This document shows, piece by piece, positions 12,837 to 26,745 of a stretch of DNA of 64,000 nucleotides. This DNA is from Saccostrea echinata (lineage: Eukaryota): assembly GCF_033153115.1 (NCBI RefSeq), contig NW_026889761.1, positions 6,510,001 to 6,574,000 of the forward strand, in the 5' to 3' direction. A model generated the notes under the pieces. That model did no database searches. It was not told where the DNA came from and saw only the letters and a list, made by a program, of their open reading frames with translations. A program made the translations under genes and the position numbers. How positions within the stretch are numbered: the first letter of the stretch is position 1; the number at the start of each line of letters is the position of its first letter.

Positions 12837-15100
12837 TGGAAATTGATGTACTTCGTTTACTGTGTGATCACTGATCAGACATTAGAAAATCACGTATACT
12901 TGTAAAGGTTTATTTACAGAAGAAAGAAAAAAAACGCACTTCATCCAATGTTTAAAGTATTTGTTTTCTACAGATATATTCTTATATATTGAATAAGGAT
13001 TACTTTAATGATAAATATTTGATTTAGCAATAATAAAGCTTATTCAAAATTTTACAAATATACTAGTATACGGCATATTTTTTGAGTATCCTTTCGATTT
13101 TCACATTCTCAGCATGAAAATTAAAAATTATGAAGAGTCTGGGAGTTTCAATGATTTTTACATTTTTAGTGTTCTCCAGTTTTCTATTTTTTCATGTTTT
13201 GTAAAAGTGACAAATTCCAAATGAAATGGATGTTCAAGAATAAAAGTATTTGATTTTTTTCGGTTATACTCTTGAGAATATTCCCCTCAAACCTGCCCGC
13301 TTGATAAGTACATGTAAGTATAAAGTCTTAGAATGTTCGATGTGACACACAGACACATTTCCCTAGTTCTGATCAGCAGTTACACGTACGGTAGGTATTT
13401 ACGCATTTTGCGTTGTATTATACAAATTAGTGTCTATTATTCTCGCAATACACAATTAAAACAACATACTCCAGAATTCTATATTCAGATACCAAACATA
13501 CGACTCTTGTGACAATAAAATGTTAAATTCCTAAAAGCTACGATTATGCGATTGTTAAAATATTGTTATTGCAGCATCGATTCCCAGGAATTTGTTTTCG
13601 TTGATATCTAGTATTTTATTCTGGTAGATACAGGAAACTCCAAGCCCGATAAAAGGTAATTACCAAAAACGTTGGTGTGATAATACCCTTAAAATGATGG
13701 TTTCATGTCTACTTAATCCCTCTAAAACATTTCATAAACAACAGAATTCAGAAGGTTGGAAAAAATTAAGGATTGAATAAAATCGATACGGAATATATAA
13801 TCTTATTCCCAAGTCAATTGAATAATGCATAAAGAATTTATTCCACGGTAAGTAATATGTATTGTATAACAGCTAATTTATTTGAAATAGTTTCATAGTT
13901 CAATACACCAAGGTACAGAAAAACTAACGGCTAATAATATAAATCATCAATGACATGGAGACGTCCGAATTATGTCGAGAACGCACCAGATGTGTCATAA
14001 AACACAAAACTTTCAGCAATATCACATTTCTTCTATAAAAGATATCAATCAATAAAGAGATAATGCTACTCACCATTTTTCTCAAGGCTTTTTAGAAGAA
14101 TTCCCTCTAAGAACGTCGCTTGATGAGTGTTAGATTTGGCTGAGGACTTCCATTCTTTAGCGAGGCTGTCTTCGTTCATGTAGAATTTAAATCTTGCCTG
14201 GACATTGTAGTGTGGCAGGCTGGACATTATGCCATTTTACTACCTCCAAAAATCCCGTCAAGGAATGAATCCTTGATACCGAAAAATAATCGAACACCCA
14301 CAAACTGAGTTGTTTAAAGCATCGAAAAATTGCTTCGAATCAAATCATATCAAGCGATGATTGATTTATTTACAAATATTGGTTTGCAAAATGTTTCAAT
14401 ATCCCAAGTATTTCCCCTTTGGCGACAAAAGTCCTCCTCCCCGAGTGAGTTGTCAAATCGTTCCTCGACCTTGTCACTCAGCCTTGTGTATGATTACACA
14501 GTTACATTATGTTTCATTAATGTAAACGTCCGAACTTGTGGGATCTAGATGATTTAAACTCATATTTTCACAGGATATAGATTTTCCTTATATCCGCTGC
14601 CTCCCCGTTATCGAAATGTCGCATCACACGGACAAGGAGTATTAGATCTATAGTGGCATCACTCCGAAATCTCATACATCTTACACCGTATTACCAGATG
14701 CCTCGTTCACTTCGTCAGTACTTGTTCCTGGGAGTAAATATTGTTGCTCAACTCGCCAAAATCTCACAATTAGGTCTTTACTACTTCATAAATCACTAGC
14801 ACATGTGCTGGGTGTCAGCGATACTGGTGCTGCTGGTATCTATTGTACATCAAGCAATTATTTTATCTAGAAGTGAGGGACAATTTTCCCTACATATACT
14901 TAACAATATTTCTGTTTGTACAATATACACACGGCACTTCAGACAACAGTGCAAACGAAGTCGCTGACGCAATGGTTTCAGTCTGCAGGGAGTTTGAAGA
15001 GGGCTTTGGTGACAGACCGGGATTGTCTTGCAGAAAAGGTGACAGTGCATCAAGCGATGGAATACTTTTTTTTACGATAATTCTGACATTTGGATAGGGA
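9070..15100 (-). pseudogene. Scattered decayed coding-like exons, probably part of the same DUF7153-like locus
   Basis: Exon-like segments: ~14230-14074 (MSSLPHYNVQARFKFY...EGILLKSLEKN, ending at donor G|GTGAGT); ~11800-11330 (open-looking frame with several stops); 9146-9070 (AMVYNLTPSEEDTRPSRNRKRRPN*). Multiple stops and frameshifts; the model is not resolved. Confidence 0.3.
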
Positions 15101-15499
15101 AGACATTATCTTCTTGAGAGCTTGAGATCGATTTAATGGTGTATCTAACAGCCTGGTGCCAAAAAATAGCTGACATTGATAACCGTGTCTTTACATCAAA
15201 CCAACGAGGAATATCCTATTTTCAACCAGAAAATGCCGTATATAACGAGAATACTGCATTTTGTACATTTCTCAGAAACTCTAATTATATAGATAGTGCC
15301 TTGTTATGTAGGATTTATTATATATTATGCGATTTGAGTGATTTAAATCTGCATATAAGATCTACAGTGTTTTGTAATTGTAATAATTTGATAAAATTGT
15401 TCCATGGAAAAATCTCACAATTACTGGGTTTGGATGCAACAGTAGAATATGTCACTTATTTATATTAATGCCCACCAAGGAAGCAATCTATTTGGTCTA

Positions 15500-16165
15500 T
15501 ACCCTTATGTCTGTTTGTCTGTCTATCTGTTAATGGTACATCGCTACACAAAAAGTCTGTATGGATTTAAATGTAACATTGTCTCACATGTTTTTTGTAT
15601 ATAGTGGACTCAAGATATTAAAGTCACCTGAACACTCAGGTGACCCCTTCATAAATTATGAAATCAAAAGCCCCCCTGGGTCAAGGGTTCTGGGGTTATA
15701 TATAGGACGGGGCTCTATTTATCATATAGTGAAAATACATTAAATCTTTGAAAATCTTCTCTGTTCGTTGTGATGAGATGCCTCTTCCAAAATTGTGAAA
15801 TTCATGGTCCCAGCGGTTATAGAGTTAGGACACGGGGCTCTATTGATCATATACTAGTAGTGAAAATGCATAATTCTTTGAAAATCTCTTCTCTCCCCCT
15901 GCATATTTATCACACAAACTAAGTGCATAGATATGATGAGCAAGCGTGTCTCTTTCAATATTGTGACATTCCATAGCTGGAGTTAGTGTGGGGCTCTATT
16001 GATCATTTAGAGAAGACGCATTAATTCTTCTTTGCACATAAGTATAAAGCAAATAAAAATGTAATTAGTAATTAGTACATAGATATGATGAGGTGCCTCC
16101 TCCAAAATTGTGAAAATTCGTGGCCCCTGGGTCAGGAGTTCTGGAGTTTGGGTGGTGCTCTATTA
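15500..16165 (+). mobile_element. Degenerate HINE-like element with internal tandem repeats
   Basis: tctg microsatellite at ~15510, followed by 3-4 diverged units containing gggctctattgatcat, ccaaaattgtgaa and tttgaaaatct. Confidence 0.5.
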
Positions 16166-17182
16166 TGATCGTTTATGTTGTTTTTTTACTTTCTTAAAGA
16201 GAAATTATTCCCCTTTTCGTATTCAAGAAATGATATGATATGGTAATTAATTACTGTAAATAATGTAACTGATAGGTAAATTGAAAAAAAAAGAACTTTT
16301 AATGTATAATATCGATTTTCTGAATTGTAAATAGTAAATACATTGGAATCAAAGCTTTAGAAACTTCTTATTTTACTTCCTTGCTCCAAAATCTTTTCAG
16401 GTCACTCAGCCCGAAGAGATACAAAAAGTACTTTCAAATTCATATTTTTTAATTTGTCAGGTAACGTTAGACTTGTAAATAATATATGAATAAAATGAAA
16501 CAAATTACCTTACATTAAATATCATTTTAAGACCAATTAAGAGAGACAAATTGTAAGCTGAAACAAAAACTCAAATTTTCATAAATATAAGATGTACAAC
16601 AGAACAATTTTATTTAAAGTCGGATTTTCAAACAAATAACATAAGTTCTGTAGAGCTTTTGACCGACATGAAGGGCACATCTGTATACCCCCGGCCTTTA
16701 CCATGTTCCTTTAGTCTGGCTTTCCTGTCACTCTTGAAGATAAGGGGAACTAGGACGGTCTGTAACCACCCCCCCCCCTTTATAAGAATGGACTTTTGCT
16801 TTAAATTTAGTATGGAATTTTCAATCTTAGGTTGGTTGGTCCCCCAATTTTTGTTGCGGTATACTTGAACTTTACGTTATACTTGGCTGAAAATGAAATC
16901 CTTAGTTCCCACGATACCCATAGGCTTTAATAGTTTGGACAATTTCAGTTTAGGTTTTGTTTTGTTTGTTTATTTTTTATTATTACATGTATATGTATTA
17001 TTATTTTTTTTTATGCCTGACCCCCCCCCCCCTTCCTTTGATTTTAATGATTTATTGATTTATTCATTTATTTATTTTGAGATATGTTTAAATCTTTCCC
17101 TTTCGAGGTCCTCCATGGTTTGTTCTCTTATTAGAGTTATCTCCCGTGTGCCGTTTGCTATCAGCGATTTACTGCACGACGT

Positions 17183-20100
17183 ATGATGGACAAGTTAGAC
17201 GTTCAGGAGAACGTCCATGCATCGCTTACCCCCATCGTCACTGACGCCGTGTTGGTCCGCGGAGATTACACGTATTATCACTACGGTTGTGACGGCGTAG
17301 ATGACAGGGTTAGTAATTTATAAAACTGTGCCGATTTTCCCGTATTGTCCCAAGTCGGAGAGGTTCACTACAGGTAAAATTTCATGATAAATATTGCTTG
17401 TACTTGTTAATAATTTCCTCATAGTGAACTGACTGACAAGCATCTTAACAGTGCAGTTAATGTTAAAAGTAATATAATATGTCTCAATAATGAATATTAA
17501 AATAAAATTAAATGTATCCTTATTAATTTTCAACTCACATGCATGGATAATGCACGTACATTATACATGTTCAGTTTGTCGAGAGTATTAAAAAAATAGA
17601 TCAGTAGGAATTGTACAAATTTTAAATTTAGGCAATTCCAAGTTTTTTCTCTGTTTAGCGTCCACCCATCTTTCAAAAACATACCTACCTATTCTCAAAA
17701 AAACACACAAGCCAAAAAATAAAAACAAAGACTTTAAAAGTCAAACAAATTACATTGTCAAAGGATACAATTTCATTAAGATTTTTTTCTTATAGAAAGA
17801 TTTATTCTTTTGCAAAAATAAGGTATAAATTGCTTAAAATATATTGATACGACATATTGTAGACAGATATGTAGAAAAATTGACAGAATTCAAGATTTCG
17901 ACCAGAATAATCAATTTCAGGACTCCTGATTTTGTTTTTTTGTTTTTTTGATATGGGGTGTCAAAAACCAAGGCGCACGCGGACGCTACACATATTAAAA
18001 ACTTGGAATGGCCATCAGTACATCCAAATGCACATTTATTTACACCATTCTTGGTCGTAAGAATTTAAAAGGGTGGGAGGGAGGCGTGCCTCCTCCCAAT
18101 GCTGATGTATAGTATATACTATAGAAAACGTAGCCACTTTATGCTTTTTTCCCCTCAATAATAAGGTGTGATGAGGTTTTTATCTTGAAGTCTTTTTTTT
18201 CACCTTGGTATGATATTCTTTTCACGATGAAGTCTCAGTTTTGATGTCTTTGTATAATTTCTACATGATTTTTAAACACGCAGCAGATTTGGAATTTTAT
18301 TTTTGTGTATTTCTGAAATTCTATAACAGATTATTTATTTTTCTCTAGGGATGGGGTTGTGGGTATCGCACACTTCAGACAATGTGTTCCTGGATTAAAA
18401 AGCAGAGAGGAGAGAGCATGCGTGAAGTTCCATCACTAAGGCAAATTCAAGATGCATTGGTTGCTATGGACGACAAGCCAGAATCATTTGCTGGTTCCAA
18501 AAACTGGATTGGAAGCTTTGAAATATGTATTTGCATTGATTATTTTTATGAGGTAAACTATATTTTTTTTTTATTACACGAGAACTAAAGAATCAAAATG
18601 AGCTTTCTGATCAAAGTTTGTCGTCTCTTATTGGTTGACTTTTTTGGGCTCCTTCCGAAGAACCATGGGCGATACCACAAGAGAGAGAGAGTTCAAGTTT
18701 ATTCAAGGACAGACCACGAGTAGTAGAATTCGATATATGGTAAAAATGGAAGAGTCACGTAAAAACTACTTTTTTCAGAAAAGACAAAACCTTAATTGAA
18801 GAAATCTTCCTATACTGTGATGATTAAAATTTTTAGTCCCCTACCGGTGAAACCGGAGGGGACGATAGGTTTCCTCTGAGTCTGTCCGTCCGTCTGTCTG
18901 TCTAGCTGTTCCCCTGTCTGTCTGTCAGTCTGTCCCACTTGGTTTTCCGCACTTTTCTTCTAAATGCTTGCAGATATTGAGCTGATTTTTATTATATGAG
19001 TGTATCTTGATGAGTTACAGATCAAGTTTGCATTTCGTTCCGCTTCATTGATTTCTGACGGAATTACGACCTTTTCAATTTTTGCAGGGTTTTCCGCATT
19101 TTTTTTTTCTAAACGCTTGCAGATATTGAGCTGATTTTTGGTATGTGACTTAACCTTGATGAGTTATAGATTAAGCATGCATTTCGTTCCGCTTCATTGA
19201 TTTCTGACGGAATTATAGCATTTTCAATTTTTAACGGGAACCAGATTACACCTGCCGGTAGGAGACTAGTATTGCTAATGCAATACTCTCAGAATGCTTG
19301 TTTATCTTGGTTCCCAGGGCTAGGGTGCATATTGGGCCGTGTCACAAAGGGATACCTAAGTTTTACACCTGAATAAACAGGGAAAAAGTCTCTAAAGTTT
19401 ATTATCCTCTCACTAGGATAAATGACTTTTATTCAGTTACTAAATTGTCGTGTTAAATTTTGCCCCGCAAGATATGTTGAAATTCTTTGCATTTTAAATA
19501 TACACTATATTTCTTTTGTAAAATCAATAGCATTAAAGAGAATTTTATATGAGTGATTAGACTGCTGATAAACCTCACGTCATCAAGACAAGAAGTCTCT
19601 CTCCTATTTATAACTTGTCTCCTGTTCATCTGCATTTTAAACGTATATAATGATAAAAAGAACGCTAGTTTCTCCATGTGATCATAATAATATACATAGT
19701 ACATTTAACCATATTCAAAAATTTTATTTTAAGGTTCCGTGTAGGTTAATTCACGTAACCTCTGGAGAAAAACTTATGGAATATCTACCAGATCTTCAGA
19801 AGCACTTCCAGGAGATGGGCTCTGTTATCATGATGGGTAAAGTTTTCACTCTTTATCAGTTACTTAAGGTTAAGCTTGAGGTTCATTAACCCTCTGATAA
19901 GGGAGATAATTCTTACTGTGATAAAATGACTATTATTTTTTTTGTAAATTGTCAAGTCCAAAGCTCATTTCTGTCAAATCTCGCTCAATGAGATATGCTG
20001 TAATTGTATTCATTTTAAAGTTTTAATTATTTTTCTTTTGAAAAATCATTAAAATTAAAGCAAAATTTTATATGAGTGAACAGAGGGAGGTTGCACCTTA

Positions 20101-20717
20101 AATTGGACCCTTTTTTACCAAAGGGAATTTGCACAAAAAAATATTTGTGAAATGAATTCCAAATAAATAAATAGAGAAATGCATCATTATACTGATAACT
20201 CTGGCCCTTTGTTATACACGTTATACAGTATATTGTTTTACAGGTGGGGATACGGACAATGCTTCCAAAGGAATAGTAGGAGTCTCCATGGAAAAGAAAT
20301 CCCTGCTTGTTATAGTTAGTATCTCGGTAATCTGTAAGATTAATTATTGTCTTAATCAAAATGATTAAAGACAGGTTTGTATTTTTATCAAGTTTTAGTT
20401 AATATTAAAATAAATACATTCAACAAAAATCAAATTGAAATCATGATTCAAAAATAATTCACCAAATCTGCACAAAACTTTATGAAACCTTTGATTTATA
20501 TGTAATTGATATTTATAATATTGTATATTTAACTGTTTACTCATTGAGGGATATATTCAGTAACTGTTTGGTCTTTTTATAGGATCCTCATTTCTACGGG
20601 AGTTTTACGTCTGTAACAGAACTCTATGACAAAGACATGGTGTCATGGCGGCCATTAGACTCATTTCTTCACCACTCCTTTTATAACTTTTGTTTACCTC
20701 AGCTTAAAGCAAAATAA
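17183..20717 (+). CDS. UFSP1: UFM1-specific peptidase 1 (peptidase C78), 212 aa, 5 exons
   Basis: Exons 17183-17308, 18349-18552, 19734-19836, 20244-20314, 20583-20717, all GT-AG and in frame. Motifs [22 protein letters not shown] (catalytic Cys), WIGSFE, MMGGDTD, DPH box and FYNFCLPQ. The lack of a long N-terminal domain indicates UFSP1 rather than UFSP2. Confidence 0.95.
18831..19302 (+). mobile_element. HINE-type element in UFSP1 intron 2
   Basis: 5' tagtcccctaccggtgaaaccggaggggac hairpin, (GTCT)n, two ~130-bp internal repeats, and 3' ccggtaggagacta plus gtattgctaatgcaatac stem-loop. Confidence 0.75.
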
Positions 20718-20847
20718 TATCTTATTGTATTTATTGTCTCAATTTTCTCAAATTGAAGAAGAACTAGGAATTTATAGGAAGATGAAAACGGAAAGCAATA
20801 TGTTTTGATGGAGGAGTCAACGGCATATTGTTCGAATGGAGGCTTTG

Positions 20848-23707
20848 TTAACACCCATAAACTTCAACACGAAGACCTGGTTTTCCGCCGTTATGCCACG
20901 TGAGAGGAACAAACCGGATGAACCTCGCACTGATTCTGCGCGGAAGGTAGTGCTTGATTACGGTGTCATAAGTACTGCTCCCAAAGAATTCCTAAAAAAA
21001 AAATACACGTCCTATTTTATAATGAGACTTCTACACATAAATTTCTATACTAGTATATCTATAATTTACTATATATTCAATTTCACTAAATAATTTTTAA
21101 CACTAGTGAAAATTGAAAAAGGACCAAATATCATCATATTTTTTAAGATTGTTTTGAAACAAGGACTTCAATAACATAATATATGATGTATTAGACTAAA
21201 GCTGTTTGAACTTTCTTTAAATGAAAGTTTTTACCTTTTGAGACCCATTACTCCCGATGACGTCATGAAAGTTGTTTCCGTCTGTGCTATACTGGAGTTT
21301 GTAGGACAGAGTGTAGTAGGTTGAGGAGCGATACCCTTGTGTTGCTACGGAGTAGACAGCACGAACTTGTCCCAGGTCAACCTAATCATACAAAGAGTTT
21401 ACGGGGCTTTGTGAATGATTGCAGCTGTGAAATAATTGAATGAAATAGTTTTAATTTGATCCTACCGACTACTAGATACAGCGTCTCAGACTACAGAACA
21501 CTGACAGTTATAATCGTGCCATTCACATATGTGAAATTACATTCTTACGGGTATATAAAACTTATAGAAAAGTTATACAGGCTGAACAGTTTTATTTAAA
21601 GTTGATGTGCAACACTGGTGCCCCCGTATCAAAGCTCACGACCAACATTAAATTTTTCCAAAAGTAGATCAAACTCCAAGGTTATTGTTATGATGTCAAA
21701 ATGAAATATGAAAGCACAAGCATCAACCGTTCAAAGTTATGGTCAAAGTTAAAGTTTTTGCGGACAATCTGACGGATCAAAAACTACATTTTATATGCCG
21801 CTGAATCTCCGATTACGTGGGCATAAGAAATTTTATTTTGCTATTCAGTATATATATAATTTATATATCATCATGATCATTATGAACCTGTAGCCATGAG
21901 TTGGATGTCTCTCCGATCCATCCGTCTCTACTGTGAAGTCGACCATTAGAGGCGAAGTGGTTGGAGAATGTGTAGTGCGCTGACATTTGGGCGTCAGGGA
22001 TTGTCTTTTTGGAATAGTCTACACCAAAGGCATTTGTATCACAGCCTAAGCAAACAATTTAATTAATCATGCATACTTGTAATTGCTTTGTGGTACCTGT
22101 ATCCAATTCACTTTGTTTAAATAATTTTCTTTTTTACATACGTAGTTCACAGCGTTGGCCTCCATAATCTTCTGAGCATGCGCACATGTAATTTCCAAAG
22201 TCATCTGAGCATGTGCCACCATTTTGACATGGATTGCTGCTGCACTGATCTTTCTCTGCAAAATATATTTGTACCTGTTTTGGTGATTCTTTTATTTAAG
22301 GTTAATAAGTAGATTACTTTTTTTAAATAAATATCTTTAAAAAAGTCAAAAACTAAACCTCTGATATCGATAGAGAATGTTCCGTCCGCGTATTTTCCAT
22401 GGCGATCAGTGGCACGAATTCCGAATGTGTATGACGCATCTATATCCGGTGCTGTGCCACTGATGACACCTGTGCTAGAATTCAAAGATGTTCCGGGTGG
22501 AAGATGACCGGAAATGACTTTATATTGTATGTTACCACCATCTGGATCCTATAATGATGAATTCCGATTTAAGAGAAACCAGTGTCTGATCTTTTTTTCT
22601 GAACATAGGGTCTATATCTACATTGTATATCCGACTCTGAGTGATTAAAACTAAACATTACTGAGGTATATGAAGCCCCCATGTTTACTGTCGAAACAAT
22701 TCATCAATGAATTATCGGAGGAAAAAATTTGACCAAAGAGACAAAATAATACTTATCAAACCAAATGAATATATGGTAAAATATTCCTTTTTTATAATTT
22801 ATTTTGTACTTCTTAATTTTTTTAATTAAGTTTTACAAGTTCTGAAATGCTTTATTAGTTACCACAGCCTCCACCGACACGGCTATTTTTGTCCCGGAAG
22901 TAAACGCTCCCAGTGACCCATGGACCGATTGTTTCGTCCATATCGGGGGAAGACTTTTAACTTTCTGAAAATATTTTACAATTTTTTATCAGGAAAAGGC
23001 CCAAGATGTATGAAAAATAAACTATTTTTTTTACAGTAAAAAGTTTGTTTCGAAAAGTATTTATAGCCATATGCATTAAATACTATCCTATAAGAGGAAA
23101 TAATGAATTATATACAGTATACATTAACGTACCTCGATAAATTTTCTGAGATCTGTCCCACCAATGATCACGGTTCCTCCAGACCCTGGTTTTAAAATAA
23201 CATTACCACCCACTCCAGCCTGTCGATAAAAGTAAATTGAAAAAATACAACTTGGGGAATTATTGATTCTAAATTCCTGCACGACCACTACTAACCTCAA
23301 AAGTTAGATCTCCGCCGGGCTCTGCTGACACATTAACGTTAGGATAGTCAATCTGGAAGAAGCTGAAAATGCCACATAACCGATGGAATTTTTGCAAATG
23401 AAAGAAATAGCAAATGATTTGTTTTTCTAGTCATGAAAATGTTAAAAAAAAAAATAAGAATCGGTAATAAGCTTAAAACAAAGAACAAGAAAACAACAAT
23501 GACAACAGCGAGGGACAAAAATAAACTAAAATACCTTCTACCATATTAAACATCTGAGTTGCCCGACAACAATTAACAAAATTTAAAAAGAAAAAAAAAA
23601 CTTTCAAAGCAGCTATTTCTAAATTTATATGTATATATATGTTATGTTTACCTTCCATGAGCGATCCCAGGAAGAATAACTATTAAGAATATAAAATAAT
23701 GCATCAT
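20848..23707 (-). CDS. Cluster gene A (subtype alpha): secreted cubilin-NTD-like / He_PIG Ig / EGF / F5/8C protein, 354 aa
   Basis: Exons 23707-23652, 23362-23296, 23219-23133, 22964-22863, 22548-22359, 22255-22142, 22045-21888, 21381-21235, 20991-20848, all GT-AG and open. SP MMHYFIFLIVILPGIAHG; DPDGG..SGHLPPGTSLNSSTGVISG..YTFGIRATD; CSSNPCQNGGTC; IPDAQMSA..WLQVDLG..ATQG..YSTDG..ARFIRFVP..LRVEVYGC. Confidence 0.92.
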
Positions 23708-23943
23708 AACTTTAGCTATCGATGTAGTGAGTTGATTAAAATGGGAAACACGTTAGAAAACTACTTCCTTGGCAATAGTCAAATCCCTATATTTACAAAA
23801 TAATTAATCATTCTATTTATTTTATTAATTACCTTAACGATATCCCTTTAACCCCAATGTCTTTGTTTCTAGAAACCTAAAATTTTACCCCACGCCTTTA
23901 TTTCTTTTGCATGACCTTGAGAGAATCTTGTACTTTCAAGGTT
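23708..23943. promoter_or_regulatory. Putative bidirectional promoter of genes A/B
   Basis: Only 236 bp separate the divergent start codons; function inferred from geometry. Confidence 0.6.
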
Positions 23944-26745
23944 ATGAAAATGGCTTCTAGACTCGTTCCTGTTGTACTTTTCATAAGTAGAATTTTCTGT
24001 GACGATGGGTTTGTAAATTTCTTATATATGTTACAAAATTTTCAGATAAGACAAACCCTTAATGCAATATCTTTGATTACAAATTTAAAATAATATTCTA
24101 TTTTCTGCAGTGTATTGGACATAGAATATCCAAGTCTCTCTATTCATGCACCTGCCGATGGAGACATTATTTTACAGGTAAGATGTGACCCCAAAAAAAA
24201 ACTGTTTTCTTTAGCTCAGAAAAAAATAACTTCTCAATATATATATCTTTAAATTAAGCACAGTTTTAAACGGTTGAATAACAGTGTAGGTATGGTATTA
24301 ACATTTATGGAGACTGATGAAACGTTCTCTCTTTTTAAAAAGTGTTCTCTCCTCTAACTCACCGTTGAAGACACTTTTTGGTTAAACTTAAAGTTTGAAT
24401 TCTACAGGAAATTGTTTTATTTAATCAAAAAAGAAAGGGCAATTGATTGTATTATTAATGAAAAACACGACATCGAAGCAATTCTGTCATTGTCTTTATA
24501 GTTATACAGTTGTTAAGTGAATAGAAGAATGTCATTAATAAAAAGAGAAATACCCCAAAAGAGTATAATTATTTTCTTTGTATTTTCATTTCTGCAGTCT
24601 GGTTACGACCTTAAAGATGTATACATCAAACCAGGCCCAAGGGGATCCGTAATATTTGAAAACCAAGACATTTTGAAAATCATAGAGGTATCACTGATCC
24701 AGCCTGTTAAATATATTGGTATCCTAAATAGTTTATTAAATCAGGTAGATGAATAGTGTATATATTTATTTACATCTTGTTACAAAGGTAGCAAAAAGCT
24801 TGCCTCCAGTTTGGTCAAAGCATGCGCACATGGGTTTCTTTGGAACATTTACTGGTGAGCAAAGAATAAACATCAAACTAGATGCCAAAGTAAGTCTTCT
24901 GTAAATTCCAGGCTATAATTAATTTCATTTCATACTTCATTAATTTTTCCTTTAATGAATAAATATATATTCAAACTCGCAAAGTATCGATTGAGACAAT
25001 TGTTATACTTCTAATTTCTTAAATAGGACCCCGAAGGTACAAATCTCCATTTCATGATAGTATCTGGTGACCTACCGGAAGGAGTTAGCCTAAACAACGT
25101 TACGGGTCACATAGAAGGAGTAATTCCGGATGTGGAAGAAATTTTCAAATTTGCAGTTCGTGCTGTTGATGAACATGGGAAATATGCTGACGCAATCTTT
25201 AAAATGGAAACTGTTGGTATAGTTTTTTATCATCTATAAAAATAACGATGAACGATTTATTTCATAGATGACACGTAATTTAATTCTTTCCCACAAAAAA
25301 ATATTATTTTAGTGAAGGACCATTGTCAAACAAATCCCTGCTTGCATGGCGGATCATGTACAGACACTAAAGGTTGGTTCAACTGTACATGTAAAAGTGG
25401 ATATGGAGGTCCCAGATGTGAGTTCTGTAAGTAAATGTTGTATATAAAACCTTGTTTTACAATCAGTTCTCTTCCTATAACCTGTAGAAATTCCATAACA
25501 TGACAACTTTTTCAATGACTTGAGTGTATTTTTACAACCTGCATACATACATACGACACAATGTGTATAAAAGGAGGCCATACGAAACTTTTTTTTTTTA
25601 AATATACTTTGCATATATTACAAATAAATCACATTATCAATATGTTTTTTTTTTCTTTTTTTTTTTACATTTCAGTTCTATAATTTCTTTACAGCTTGTG
25701 CCTCTCAAGCCTTGGGTGTAAGTGACAGAAACAAGGTACCAGATGCTCAGATGTCCGGATACCTTACCTACAGCTCTTACTTGGAATCGAATGGACGATA
25801 TCACGCTTCTGGGTATGGATGGGTGGGATCAAACAGCAACTCGTGGTTACAGGTGGATCTAGGTAATCACACATTCATGAGGTGTATATCCGAGTGCAGA
25901 AATAGTAAACAATCATCGGAGACACTAAGGCAATACATCCTTTTGTCAAAAATTATATCAATTCTGTACCATTTCTCTAATATATATTATGCATGAAGTT
26001 AGGAAATAACCATACTTGATAAAACATCCAAAAAAAAAAAAAAAATCCAAGTATTCTGAAACAAGTTTACTAGATAATCCGCCTTTTAATGATTAGTTCT
26101 GTACAAAACACAATTGCTGCCTCCTCCGTTTCCCCGGACAACTACGTGTAACATGTTATGAACTGAACTAAATAAAACGTTATTTGAATGATCGGGAAAA
26201 AATACCCAGCCTATTTTTTTTTTAATCTAAGACACGCTAGTCAGTTAATATGAACATAATACATAATATATAAATATAAACTGGGTATTGAGTATCGTAA
26301 TTAATTTCGAAAGGTAACCTGACTAAAGTGTATGCAGTAAGGAATCAGGGCTACAGTTCCACGTACTACAGCCGTGGGTACACTCTCTCTGTCAGCACAG
26401 ACGGCACTTCATTCCTATCCGTAAACAACACTAATGGAGGAATACATGTAAGCAGTACTATATCTTATTATGCAGAACTTAGCTATTTGTTCCTAGCTAC
26501 ATGTAGTAACTGAAACTATTAAAAAATCGCGACTATCTAGTATTACTGGCAATTGTATGAGGTGTTTATAATCACTCTGAATATCATCTACTGTTGTTTT
26601 CTTTCAGACGTTTTATGCCTCCACAGGAACTTACCAGTACTCACTTCCGGTTCCTATAGATGCGCGATTTGTTCGATTTCATCCAACTTCATATCACAAT
26701 AAACCACAACTAAAAGTAGAACTGTATGGATGTCATTATCAGTGA
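23944..26745 (+). CDS. Cluster gene B (subtype beta): same architecture, 355 aa
   Basis: Exons 23944-24008, 24111-24177, 24598-24687, 24788-24889, 25027-25216, 25313-25426, 25695-25862, 26314-26447, 26608-26745. Motifs [71 protein letters not shown]. Confidence 0.92.

Noticed and set aside
22359-22548. Bacterial or phage contamination suggested by the He_PIG-like sequence
   Set aside because: The domain is split by canonical spliceosomal introns and joined to EGF/F5/8C exons in five paralogues.
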